A stretch of DNA of 59,156 nucleotides from Minisyncoccota bacterium (GTDB taxonomy: Bacteria; Patescibacteriota; Minisyncoccia; Phycocordibacterales; UBA9973), in assembly GCA_041648595.1 (NCBI GenBank), contig JBAZOQ010000004.1:1-59156 (forward strand), read 5' to 3'. The position numbers and the translations under genes were made by a program. Positions 26,999 to 36,630 of this stretch are shown one piece after another. Position 1 is the stretch's first letter. Each line of letters opens with the position of its first letter. The notes below the pieces were generated by a model. That model was not told where the DNA came from and searched no databases. It was given only the letters and a program-made list of their open reading frames with translations.

Positions 26999-28270
26999 AT
27001 GGAAAATTTTTTTAGTAAATTAAAATTAATTTGGACTGATACTACTTTAAGAAAAAGAGTTTTGTTTGTACTTGCTTCATTAGTAATCTTTAGATTGCTT
27101 TCTGCTATTCCAATACCTGGGATTGATACGATAGCACTTAGTCGTTTCCTTTCCAATAACCAGTTTTTTGGTATTTTGAATATATTTTCTGGAGGTGGAC
27201 TTTCTAACTTATCTATAATAATGCTTGGTGTTGGGCCATACATAACAAGTTCTATTATTATGCAACTTTTGACGATAATGGTTCCTGCGCTTAAGAGAAT
27301 ATATCATGAGGAAGGAGAAGCAGGTAAAAAGAAATTTACACAATACTCAAGATTGCTTACTATTCCACTTGCTGCAATTCAAGGATATAGTCTTTTAGCT
27401 ATTCTTGAAAGTCAAAAGATTTTAGTAAATTTGACGGTTTTTGATCGCGTAAGCAATATAATTATTGTTATAGCTGGAGCAATGTTGTTGATGTGGATAG
27501 GGGAGCTTATGACTGAGTTTGGTATTGGAAATGGAGTATCGTTGATAATTTTTGCTGGTATAGTTTCAAGAATTCCGACAGAAGTAAGTCAACTTCTATT
27601 TACTTTTGATGTTTCTCAAATTCCTCTTTTTGTTATGTTTTTAATTGCTGGTGCATTAGTTATTGCTGGAGTTGTTGTTGTTACTGAAGCAGAACGTCCT
27701 ATTCCTGTGACTTATGCAAAACAAGTTAGAGGGGCGAAAATGTATGGTGGAGGTTCTACATATTTACCTTTACGTGTTAATCAAGCTGGAGTTATTCCTA
27801 TAATTTTTGCACTTTCTCTTTTACTTTTTCCACAAATGATTGGTAATTTTTTAGCAAGTTCTTCTAATTCAATTTTGTTAAGTATTTCTAAAGTACTTAT
27901 GGCATTTTCACAAACAAGCGTACTTTATGCAGTACTTTATTTCGTTTTAGTATTCTTATTTACTTACTTTTATACAGCAGTTACGTTTGACCCTGAAGCT
28001 CTTGCCACCAACTTACAAAAAAATGGTGCATTCATTCCAGGTATTCGTCCTGGAATATCTACTTCTACCTATATTTCGAAAGTTTTAAGTCGCATCACAT
28101 TACTTGGTGCAACCTTTTTAGGTTTTATAGCAGTTTTGCCTCTTATCGTACGATCTATTACAGGGATTACAGCTATTGCTTTAGGTGGTACAGCACTTCT
28201 TATCGTTGTTTCTGTGGTTCTTGATCTCATCAAAAAAATTGATGCTCAGATCTCAATGAGGGAGTATTAA
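26999..28270 (+). CDS. secY: preprotein translocase subunit SecY
   Basis: 10-TM pattern and GELMTEFGIGNG. Confidence 0.97.
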   Translation: MENFFSKLKLIWTDTTLRKRVLFVLASLVIFRLLSAIPIPGIDTIALSRFLSNNQFFGILNIFSGGGLSNLSIIMLGVGPYITSSIIMQLLTIMVPALKRIYHEEGEAGKKKFTQYSRLLTIPLAAIQGYSLLAILESQKILVNLTVFDRVSNIIIVIAGAMLLMWIGELMTEFGIGNGVSLIIFAGIVSRIPTEVSQLLFTFDVSQIPLFVMFLIAGALVIAGVVVVTEAERPIPVTYAKQVRGAKMYGGGSTYLPLRVNQAGVIPIIFALSLLLFPQMIGNFLASSSNSILLSISKVLMAFSQTSVLYAVLYFVLVFLFTYFYTAVTFDPEALATNLQKNGAFIPGIRPGISTSTYISKVLSRITLLGATFLGFIAVLPLIVRSITGITAIALGGTALLIVVSVVLDLIKKIDAQISMREY

Positions 28271-28307
28271 ATTTGATTATTCTCTAAAAATTGTGTATTC
28301 TGTTGAT

Positions 28308-28916
28308 ATGAATTCAAAAGCTATTGTTTTTTTTGGTAGGTCTGGATGTGGTAAGGGTACACAAGCTAAATTATTGGCTGATTTTTTAAAAGGAAAAGGG
28401 AGGGAAGTTTTATATGTGGAAACAGGTAGTTCTTTCCGAGAGCTTTCAAAAGAGGAAAATTTAACTGGTAAAAACATTCAAGATATTATTAAAAATGGGT
28501 ACCTGATTCCAGTCTTTCTTCCCATTTGGATATGGACTGGTTTTATGATTAAAAATTTTACAGGCAAAGAAGATATGATTTTAGATGGTGTTTGTCGAAG
28601 ATACGAAGAAGCAGTAGCTCTTGATTCTGCTTTTGATTTTTATAAAATTGAGAAACCAAATATTATTTTAGTAAATGTTTCAAAAGAGTGGTCTTATCAA
28701 AGAATGTTGGAAAGAAAACGTGCTGATGATACTCCAGAGAAAATAGAAAATCGTCTGAATTGGTATGAGAAAGATGTATTACCATCTGTTGAATACTTCA
28801 AAAATAAATTAGGATATAATTTTATTGATGTTAATGGCGAGCAGAGTATAGAAAATGTTCATAAAGATATAATTTCCGCCATAGGCGGATCCGCCTTCGG
28901 CGGAAAAGCTGACTAA
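28308..28916 (+). CDS. adk: adenylate kinase-family protein with a GC-hairpin-encoded C-terminal tail
   Basis: GRSGCGKGTQAKLLA and LDGVCRR. The last 13 aa are encoded by two tandem tccgcc/ggcgga hairpins. Confidence 0.8.
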   Translation: MNSKAIVFFGRSGCGKGTQAKLLADFLKGKGREVLYVETGSSFRELSKEENLTGKNIQDIIKNGYLIPVFLPIWIWTGFMIKNFTGKEDMILDGVCRRYEEAVALDSAFDFYKIEKPNIILVNVSKEWSYQRMLERKRADDTPEKIENRLNWYEKDVLPSVEYFKNKLGYNFIDVNGEQSIENVHKDIISAIGGSAFGGKAD

Positions 28917-28926
28917 TAATAAATAT

Positions 28927-29610
28927 ATGGAAAAAGAAACTATTATTATTTCATTAGGTGGTTCATTAATTATTCCTGATGATATTGATATTTCTTTTTT
29001 AAAAGAATTCAAAGAATTAATTGTTTCTCAAATAGAGATAGGTAAAAAGTTTGTAATTGTAACAGGAGGAGGAAAAATTTCTAGAAAATATCAGGAAGTT
29101 GCAAAAGCTATATCTGATCCTTCTAGTGATGATTTAGACTGGATAGGAATTGCTTCTTTGAGATTAAATGCTCAACTTCTTCGAGTAATTTTTAGAGATT
29201 ATACACATCCCAAAATAGTAAAAAATCCAACAGAACATATTGATTTTGATATGCCTATAGTGGTGGGTTCAGCAAACGAGCCAGGACATAGTACTGACTG
29301 GGATGCAGTGATGTTAGCAAAAAATGTTGGTGCTAAAAAAGTGATAAATCTTTCAAATACTGATTACGTTTATGATTTTGATCCAAGTATAAATAAAGAT
29401 GCAAAAAAGATTGAAAAAATTTCTTGGTTGGAATATAGAAAATTAATTCCAAAAGAATGGAATCCAGGGCTCAATTCTCCATTTGATCCGATAGCATCAG
29501 AAATTGCTGAAAAAGAGGGAATGGAAGTAGTGATAATAAATGGTAAACCGATTGATAATTTAGCGAATTATTTAAATGGGGAAGAATTTAAAGGAACGAT
29601 AATTTTTTAG
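28927..29610 (+). CDS. pyrH: archaeal-type UMP kinase (amino-acid kinase fold)
   Basis: ISLGGSLI, VTGGGKISRKY, PGHSTDWDAVMLA and EEFKGTII. Confidence 0.7.
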   Translation: MEKETIIISLGGSLIIPDDIDISFLKEFKELIVSQIEIGKKFVIVTGGGKISRKYQEVAKAISDPSSDDLDWIGIASLRLNAQLLRVIFRDYTHPKIVKNPTEHIDFDMPIVVGSANEPGHSTDWDAVMLAKNVGAKKVINLSNTDYVYDFDPSINKDAKKIEKISWLEYRKLIPKEWNPGLNSPFDPIASEIAEKEGMEVVIINGKPIDNLANYLNGEEFKGTIIF

Positions 29611-29713
29611 ATTCTAGATTTTGAAAATCAAAAATTTCTGAGCCTTCGCCCTCGGAGTCCGTGAGGACAGGGAACCCACGACTCTTAAAATTTTTATTTT
29701 CAAAATCTAGAAT
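29611..29713. repeat. 103-nt element with perfect 18-bp terminal inverted repeats and a GC-rich core
   Basis: attctagattttgaaaat (29611-29628) pairs with attttcaaaatctagaat (29696-29713). Confidence 0.8.
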
Positions 29714-29725
29714 CCTGTAACTTTT

Positions 29726-30493
29726 ATGATAATAATCAAAACGCCGAAAGAAATAGAAATATTAAGAGAAGGAGGCAAAAGGCTTGCTACTGTTTTGTAC
29801 AAAGTTAAAGAAATAGTAAAACCCGGAATTTCAACATGGGAATTGGATAAATATGCAGAAAAATTAATAAAAGATATGGGTGATGAACCAGCTTTCTTAA
29901 ATTATAAACCTGAAGGTGCAGATTTTGCTTATCCAGCATCACTTTGTATATCAGTGAATAATGAAGTTGTCCATGGAATACCAAGTACAAAAAAAATATT
30001 AAAAGTTGGTGATATTGTTTCTCTTGATTTAGGGTTAAAACATAAAAATCTTTTTACAGATATGGCTATTACTGTGGGAGTAGGTGAAGTAAGTAATTCA
30101 TCTATAAAACTCATGAAAGCGACGGAGGACGCTTTAAAAGTGGGTATTGCAGTGTCTCAAGGAGGTAATAGAATAGGTGATATAGGCTATGCAATAGAAA
30201 ATTTTGTTCGTAAATATAGATATGGAATTGTTGAAGTTTTATCTGGTCATGGTGTCGGACGAGCTATACATGAAGATCCTTATATACCAAATTTTGGAAA
30301 ATCTGGAACAGGTGCGAAACTTGTTCTTGGTATGGTTATAGCAATAGAACCAATGTTAAATAATGGGACAAAAAATGTGACTTTAGATAAAGATGGATAT
30401 ACATTTCGTACAGCTGATGGCAAAAGGAGTGCACATTTTGAACACACCATTTTAATTACAGAAGGAGAACCTGAAATACTTACTAAAATATAA
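29726..30493 (+). CDS. map: type I methionine aminopeptidase
   Basis: Metal ligands in the DLG...D...HGVGR...E...E pattern. Confidence 0.95.
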   Translation: MIIIKTPKEIEILREGGKRLATVLYKVKEIVKPGISTWELDKYAEKLIKDMGDEPAFLNYKPEGADFAYPASLCISVNNEVVHGIPSTKKILKVGDIVSLDLGLKHKNLFTDMAITVGVGEVSNSSIKLMKATEDALKVGIAVSQGGNRIGDIGYAIENFVRKYRYGIVEVLSGHGVGRAIHEDPYIPNFGKSGTGAKLVLGMVIAIEPMLNNGTKNVTLDKDGYTFRTADGKRSAHFEHTILITEGEPEILTKI

Positions 30494-30592
30494 CCTCACC
30501 CCTGCCTGTTGTTAAACAGGATTTCCTCTCTCCAAAATTAAAATTTTGGAGAGGGGGTAGGGGGTGAGGTAGTGTCCCCCTGATAAGGGGGA
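30494..30592. repeat. nested GC-rich palindromes after map
   Basis: cctcacccc (30494-30502) pairs with ggggtgagg (30561-30569). Inner palindromes are cctgtt-gtta-aacagg and ctctccaaaatt..aattttggagag, followed by tcccc-ctgataa-gggga. Confidence 0.7.
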
Positions 30593-30653
30593 TTTAGGGG
30601 GTTGTATCTTAATAAATTCAAAAAATTTTTCTTAAGTGCTATAATGTAAATAT

Positions 30654-33413
30654 ATGGAAGGATCGTTTTTAAATGAGATGCCAAAATTTAAAACTCCAGA
30701 GGAGGAGCTTCTATATTTGCGTGCGCATGTAGCAAAGAGAGAAGCAGAGCTTATTGATAAAGGGCATACAGAAAATGTAAATGAAAAAGCAGTTAAAGAA
30801 ATAATTGGAGAATATAAAGAAAAACCCGTAGAACACTTAATACATGAAGATAATATTTTAAATAAAAAAGAAACTGAAGCTATTGTATTACAGTTGAAAC
30901 CAGAATTGCACGATATAATAATGGAAGAGCTTTTGGGTATAGTTATAACTAAAGGAGTAAAAAATGCTTTATCTGTAGTAGAAGGAATGGCGAATCCGCA
31001 TATAGATGATGATTTTCATAGAATATTAGTTCAATATTTTAAGACAGGCAAGGTTCTTAACGTAAAAGAAGGTACAGCTTTTTATAAATCTCTTAATATG
31101 ACTCTTTTTGAGATAACACTTCCGCCACCTAGAGATGAAGCCGATAAACAGAAAGGCTTTAAAGATTTTATTGGTGCTATGGAGCAGTTTTATGCTGGTA
31201 TGCAATCTATTTCAGAAGGTAAAAATAATGAAAGAGAAAATTATTTTACTTTAGAGGTTGCATTAAGTGTTAGGTCTGATCAAGTTATTGTTTATGCCGC
31301 AATACCTAATAAACATATTTCTCTTTTTGAAAAACAAGTGCTTTCTTTTTATCATGATGCAAAAATTAATGAAGTAGTTGATGATTATAATATTTTTAAT
31401 GAAAAAGGTGAGTCAGCTGGAGCATATGCTAGTTTTTCTGAACGCCCAGTTCTTCCTATAAAAACTTATGATAATATAGAACACGATCCGATGAATATAA
31501 TACTTAATGTTTTTTCTAAATTAAAAAAAGAGACAGAAGGTGCTGCTATTCAGTTTGTAATAGCTCCTGCTGGTGAAAAATTTATAAATAAATTTAATTC
31601 TATATTACACGATGTTAAAAAAGGTATGTCGGTTAAATATGCAGATGATGATTTTTATAAATTTAAAAAAGAAATTTTTAAAATATCAAAAGATCTATTT
31701 ACTAATGAAAAGAAAAAAGAAGATCCGGAACATAAGCATATGCCAGGAAGAAAGGCTGTAGATGAAGGCGCAGAAGAAAAAATAGGAAATAAAATGAAAA
31801 GCTCAATCATGAAAGCGAATATACGTGTCGTTTCTTCTGCAGAAACGAAAGAAAGAGCAAAAGCAATTCTTCAAGAAATAGAATCTTCTTTTAATCAATT
31901 TACTGAACCAGCTAGTAATTCTTTTGTTTTTGAAAAATTTCAAGGGGATGATTTAAAGGAATTTTTTCATGATTTTTCTTTTCGTACTTTATCAGAAGAT
32001 AAAATTTTACCAATGAATTTGAAAGAGCTTTCTTCAGTTTTTCATTTTCCTGTTGGGATTAATGGTCAGGCACAACTTAAAGAAGCTAAAGCAGGCATAG
32101 CTCCAGCTCCTATGGAAATGGCAGATGAGGGAATAATTTTAGGAGTGAATAGTTATAGAGGAAAAGATACGATGATACATATGTCACGCGAAGATCGTAT
32201 GAGGCATTTTTATGTTATTGGTCAGACTGGAACAGGTAAAACAAATATTATGCTTAATATGATAACTCAGGATATAAAAAATGGTGATGGTTGTTGTTAT
32301 ATTGATCCACACGGTACAGACATACAAACTATCCTGTCACGTATTCCTAAAGAACGTATTGACGATGTTATTTATTTTGATCCAGCTTACACTATGCGAC
32401 CAATGGGATTAAATATGCTTGAATATGACCCGAGGTATCCTGAGCAAAAAACTTTTGTAGTTAATGAAATGATGGGTATTTTTAATAAACTTTTTGATAT
32501 GAAAGTGGGAGGTGGAGCTATGTTTGAACAATATTTTAGGAATAGTGCATTTTTAGTAATGGAGGATCCAGAATCAGGCTCAACATTGCTTGAAATTACT
32601 AGGGTTTTGGCTGATAAAGAATTTCGTGATATGAAACTTTCTAAATGTAAGAATCCTATTATTAAACAATTTTGGATTTCTGCTGAACAAACTACAGGAG
32701 ATCAATCACTCGCGAACTTTGTACCGTATATTTCTTCCAAATTTGATAATTTTATTAGTAATGACATTATGCGTCCTGTAGTGCTTCAACAGAATTCTGT
32801 ATTCAATTTCAGAAAAATTATGGATGAGAAAAAAATTCTTTTGGTAAATCTTTCAAAAGGTAGATTGGGTGACATCAATGCTAATTTGATTGGTCTCGTG
32901 CTTGTGGGGAAGATACAAATGGCAGCACTCTCTCGTGTAGATATGTTTGGTAAACCTATGAATGATTTTTATCTTTACATAGACGAATTTCAGAATGTCA
33001 CGACTGATTCCATTGCTTCTATTTTGTCTGAAGCTAGAAAATATAGATTGTCTCTCAATATTGCTCATCAATATATTACGCAACTTGAAGAAAATATTAA
33101 AAATGCAGTTTTTGGTAACGTTGGCTCAATGGCAGTATTTCGTGTGGGTACAGAAGATGCTACATTCTTAGAGCCTAAGTTTAAGCCTACATTTGATGCT
33201 AATGATATAACCAAACTTGATAACTATAATGCTTATATGAGTATGTTGGTAAAAGGACAACCAACAAAACCTTTTAATATAACAACACTAGCACCAGAAA
33301 AAGGTAACCCTGATATTGTTGATAACTTAAAACAACTTTCGTATATGAAATTTGGACGTGACAGGGAAGAAGTAGAGGCAGAGATAATGTCCAGGTATTC
33401 TTCAATGCAGTAA
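30654..33413 (+). CDS. TraD/VirD4-like (type IV coupling protein family) P-loop NTPase with a large unknown N-terminal region
   Basis: Walker A GQTGTGKT, Walker B LYIDEF, and ARKYRLSLNIAHQYITQL. The first 500 aa or so have no recognisable family. Confidence 0.6.
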   Translation: MEGSFLNEMPKFKTPEEELLYLRAHVAKREAELIDKGHTENVNEKAVKEIIGEYKEKPVEHLIHEDNILNKKETEAIVLQLKPELHDIIMEELLGIVITKGVKNALSVVEGMANPHIDDDFHRILVQYFKTGKVLNVKEGTAFYKSLNMTLFEITLPPPRDEADKQKGFKDFIGAMEQFYAGMQSISEGKNNERENYFTLEVALSVRSDQVIVYAAIPNKHISLFEKQVLSFYHDAKINEVVDDYNIFNEKGESAGAYASFSERPVLPIKTYDNIEHDPMNIILNVFSKLKKETEGAAIQFVIAPAGEKFINKFNSILHDVKKGMSVKYADDDFYKFKKEIFKISKDLFTNEKKKEDPEHKHMPGRKAVDEGAEEKIGNKMKSSIMKANIRVVSSAETKERAKAILQEIESSFNQFTEPASNSFVFEKFQGDDLKEFFHDFSFRTLSEDKILPMNLKELSSVFHFPVGINGQAQLKEAKAGIAPAPMEMADEGIILGVNSYRGKDTMIHMSREDRMRHFYVIGQTGTGKTNIMLNMITQDIKNGDGCCYIDPHGTDIQTILSRIPKERIDDVIYFDPAYTMRPMGLNMLEYDPRYPEQKTFVVNEMMGIFNKLFDMKVGGGAMFEQYFRNSAFLVMEDPESGSTLLEITRVLADKEFRDMKLSKCKNPIIKQFWISAEQTTGDQSLANFVPYISSKFDNFISNDIMRPVVLQQNSVFNFRKIMDEKKILLVNLSKGRLGDINANLIGLVLVGKIQMAALSRVDMFGKPMNDFYLYIDEFQNVTTDSIASILSEARKYRLSLNIAHQYITQLEENIKNAVFGNVGSMAVFRVGTEDATFLEPKFKPTFDANDITKLDNYNAYMSMLVKGQPTKPFNITTLAPEKGNPDIVDNLKQLSYMKFGRDREEVEAEIMSRYSSMQ

Positions 33414-33416
33414 CTT

Positions 33417-33439
33417 TTCCCTAGGTCTTTCCTAGGGAA
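33417..33439. repeat. REP-like hairpin, left flank of RayT
   Basis: ttccctagg-tcttt-cctagggaa; exact reverse complement of 34113-34135. Confidence 0.85.
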
Positions 33440-33457
33440 TTTGGTATAATATAAAGT

Positions 33458-34181
33458 ATGGGTTTTAGAAAAAAAGTATTTGCTCCAGGAGAATATTATC
33501 ATATTTACAATCGGGGTAATTCAAAACAGAAGATTTTTTTAGACGAGGAAGATTATAATCAATTTTATTGAACTTCTCTTCCTTTGTAATACTAATGAGA
33601 ATATAAATTTTCGTGATATATTTATTACATTTAATAGTATCTATGACTTTGAAAGAGGTGATACCTTGGTTGATGTTGGAGCATATTGCTTAATGCCTAA
33701 TCATTTTCACATTCTTATTTATGAAAAATCTGATAGTAATATAAGTTTATATATGAAAAAATTACTGACTGCATACGTAATGTATTTTAATAAAAAATAC
33801 AAAAGAACGGGGTCTTTGTTTGAGGGAAAGTTTAAAGCTCAGCACGTAGATTCAGATAGATATTTAAAATATTTATTTTCTTATATTGATTTAAATCCAG
33901 TGAAACTCATACAAAAAGACTGGAAAGAAGTTGGAATAAAAAACAAAATACAAGCCTATAATTTTGCTTTAGAGTATAGATATTCCAGTTTTACCGAAGA
34001 TAGAAAAGATGAAAACAAAAGTGAAATACAAAAAATAGTTAATATTACTCATTTTCCAAAGTATTTTTTGAATTTTAAAGATTTAAAGGAAGAAATTTTT
34101 GAATGGTTAATGTTCCCTAGGAAAGACCTAGGGAAAGAAAGGGAATTAGTTTGGAGTTTTGGAAAAAATCTGCTAGGATAG
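33458..34181 (+). pseudogene. REP-associated tyrosine transposase (RayT / IS200-like Y1 HUH), frameshifted
   Basis: ATG 33458 gives MGFRKKVFAPGEYYHIYNRGN...DYNQFY and then TGA at 33569. The continuation IELLF...AYCLMPNHFHILI (HUH motif) is in the frame of ORF 33666-34181. Confidence 0.7.
34113..34135. repeat. REP-like hairpin, right flank (inside the RayT 3' end)
   Basis: ttccctagg-aaaga-cctagggaa. Confidence 0.85.
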
Positions 34182-34226
34182 GTTTATTATCATTATATTA
34201 GCTGAAAGCTAATTTTTTATTTATAT

Positions 34227-35309
34227 ATGAAAGGACCATTAACTGAGTTTCCAATTATAAAGACTAAAGTGCAAGGCCTTAATACAAGGTTTGACCTTAA
34301 CGACCCAAAAGAGAGAAAAGAATATTTTGAAGTAAAAGCCGGTGTAGAAATCGAAAAAATTAAAAAATATTTAGAAGAAAATACTTTTATTGCATATTTA
34401 CTTGGTAAAAAAAATTCAGGTAAGGGTACGTATACAAAATTAATGGCAGAGATTTTTGGAAAAGATAAGATTGGACATATTTCTGTAGGAGATTTAGTTC
34501 GTACTGTTTATAAGGACATCAGTGACCCACAGAAAAAAGAAGAGATAGTTGAATATTTAGAGGATCATTATCGTGGATATATTTCTGTTGATGATGCTAT
34601 CAATGCACTAATAGGTAAAAACCAAAAAGTACTTTTGCCTACAGAATTTATTCTTGCTCTTTTGAAGAGAGAGATTGATAAATTTGATAGAAAAGTTATT
34701 TTTATTGATGGTTTTCCTCGTGAATTGGATCAAGTACAATACTCACTTTATTTCAGAGATTTAGCGAATTATCGTATGGATCCTGATTTATTTATTGCCA
34801 TTAATATTCCAGAATCAGTAATTGATGAACGTATGCGTAATCGCGTAGTTTGTCCAAAATGTCAGGCACCAAGAAATCTAACGACTTTTCCTACAAAAGA
34901 AATAGGATACGATAAAGATTCTAAAGAATTTTTCTTGATTTGTGATAACCCTGAATGTAGTGGTGCAAGAATGATTGGAAAAGAAGGAGATAATGCTGGT
35001 ATTGAAAGTATTCGTGAACGTTTGACGATAGATGATAACTTGATTAAAAAAGTTATGTCTTTACATGGAATACCTAAAATTCTACTTAGAAATGCTGTAC
35101 CAGTTGATAGTGTTAAAAATGGTATTATTGATGATTACGAAGTAACACCTAAGTATGTATTTAAGTATAATGAAGATACAGACAAAACACACACAGACGA
35201 AGAACCATGGATAATTAAAGACGATGAAGGGGTTGAATCTTATAGTTTACTTGCCCCACCTGTCGTAATAGGACTTTTAAAACAATTAGTTAAAGCTCTA
35301 GAATTATAA
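34227..35309 (+). CDS. long adenylate-kinase-family protein with a zinc LID
   Basis: GKKNSGKGT, IDGFPRELDQ, and a CPKC...CDNPEC LID. The N- and C-terminal extensions are of unknown function. Confidence 0.6.
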   Translation: MKGPLTEFPIIKTKVQGLNTRFDLNDPKERKEYFEVKAGVEIEKIKKYLEENTFIAYLLGKKNSGKGTYTKLMAEIFGKDKIGHISVGDLVRTVYKDISDPQKKEEIVEYLEDHYRGYISVDDAINALIGKNQKVLLPTEFILALLKREIDKFDRKVIFIDGFPRELDQVQYSLYFRDLANYRMDPDLFIAINIPESVIDERMRNRVVCPKCQAPRNLTTFPTKEIGYDKDSKEFFLICDNPECSGARMIGKEGDNAGIESIRERLTIDDNLIKKVMSLHGIPKILLRNAVPVDSVKNGIIDDYEVTPKYVFKYNEDTDKTHTDEEPWIIKDDEGVESYSLLAPPVVIGLLKQLVKALEL

Positions 35310-35356
35310 TAACTATAAAAATCCCCGAAAGGGGATTTTGTGTTATTATAGACATT

Positions 35357-35920
35357 ATGAGTGGAATAAAAGATAAAAAATTGCTTATTATTTTTGGTCC
35401 TCCTGCAGTAGGGAAAACAACAGTAGGAAAAATTATAGAATCAAAATTAGATTTTAAACTTTTTCATAATCATATGGTTATGGATAGTATAATGCATTTA
35501 TTTGGAGTAGGGACTCCCTCTGAAGATAAATTAAGTCGTATTATTCGAGAAAATGTAATAAAAGAAGCTGCTGAAGTTGGTATGAATCTTATATTTACCT
35601 ATGTGTGGAATTTTGCAAAAGAAAAAGGAAAGACTAATATAGATTTTTATAAAAATATTTATGAATCAACTGGTGGTAAAGTATTTTTTGTGGAATTATT
35701 TGCTCCTCTTTCCGTTCGAGCTGAACATGCAAATAGTCCTACTCGCAATGTAGAGAAAAAATATGCACCCAATCGGGAGAGAGTTTTAGCTTTAGAAAAC
35801 ACTCTTAACTTTACAAGCCCAGATCCATTTTTTTATCCTGAATTTTACCTTAAAATAGACACTACAAATATTTCTCCTGAAAAAGTTGCCTTTATTATTC
35901 AAAAACACTTTAAGTTATAG
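35357..35920 (+). CDS. P-loop kinase/ATPase-like protein
   Basis: Walker A GPPAVGKTT; small size. Confidence 0.45.
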   Translation: MSGIKDKKLLIIFGPPAVGKTTVGKIIESKLDFKLFHNHMVMDSIMHLFGVGTPSEDKLSRIIRENVIKEAAEVGMNLIFTYVWNFAKEKGKTNIDFYKNIYESTGGKVFFVELFAPLSVRAEHANSPTRNVEKKYAPNRERVLALENTLNFTSPDPFFYPEFYLKIDTTNISPEKVAFIIQKHFKL

Positions 35921-36003
35921 TGATTTTTATTTACTGATTATTCAGATACAAAAAATTAGTCTCGTCCAGTTGCTAACTTTTTAAAAAGGCATAAACTTGA
36001 TTA

Positions 36004-36129
36004 TAGGGTTATTTCCGATTATTACCTAGAACACTATCTTATGGGAGCCTCGATCATGTATGACCTTGGTCACATATGTCTGGAACCCACTTAGCTTTAA
36101 GCTATGGTAATACATCGGAAATAACCCTA
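36004..36129. repeat. 126-nt rod-like inverted-repeat element (candidate ncRNA or MITE)
   Basis: tagggttatttccgat-t-attacc pairs with ggtaat-ac-atcggaaataacccta (22 bp). The interior folds further (catgtatgac-cttg-gtcacatatg). Confidence 0.6.
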
Positions 36130-36184
36130 AGAAAAATTCTCCATTTACTTGGGGATTTTTTCTTAAAAAGTGTATAATTTTAAC

Positions 36185-36601
36185 ATGGATTTCAAGAAAT
36201 TTTTAATACGTTTAGTTTATCTCATTTTTTTTCTTTTTTTGCTAAATTATTTAGCAATGAAATTTTATTGGTATTCTTCGGTGTGGTATCTCGATATGCC
36301 TATGCATTTTTTGGGAGGAGTTTGGCTTGGTTTGGCTATTATTTTGTTTTTTAAGATTAATAAAATTTCTCTTATATTAATTTTGAAAATTATTTTAGGC
36401 GTTTTGTTTATTGGAATTTTATGGGAATTTTTTGAAGTTATAATTAATGATTATATTACTCAAAATTATTTTAATTTACTAGATACATTGTCCGATTTGT
36501 CATTTGATATCTCTGGTGGAATATTTGCAATAGTATATTTTTTAAAAAGGCTTCTTCTAATTGAAGAGAATACAATATTATCTGAGGTAAAAACTTTGTA
36601 A
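36185..36601 (+). CDS. hypothetical membrane protein
   Basis: Four hydrophobic segments. The GTG at 36170 lies inside a TATAAT-like box, so ATG 36185 is preferred. Confidence 0.4.
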   Translation: MDFKKFLIRLVYLIFFLFLLNYLAMKFYWYSSVWYLDMPMHFLGGVWLGLAIILFFKINKISLILILKIILGVLFIGILWEFFEVIINDYITQNYFNLLDTLSDLSFDISGGIFAIVYFLKRLLLIEENTILSEVKTL

Positions 36602-36630
36602 AAAGTTTTCTTACAAGGTATAATTAAACT

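Noticed and set aside
36004-36129. The rod-like element as SRP (4.5S) RNA.
   Set aside because: It lacks the conserved domain IV features (a GNAR tetraloop with the AGCA/GGAA loop motifs). The apical loop is CUUG.
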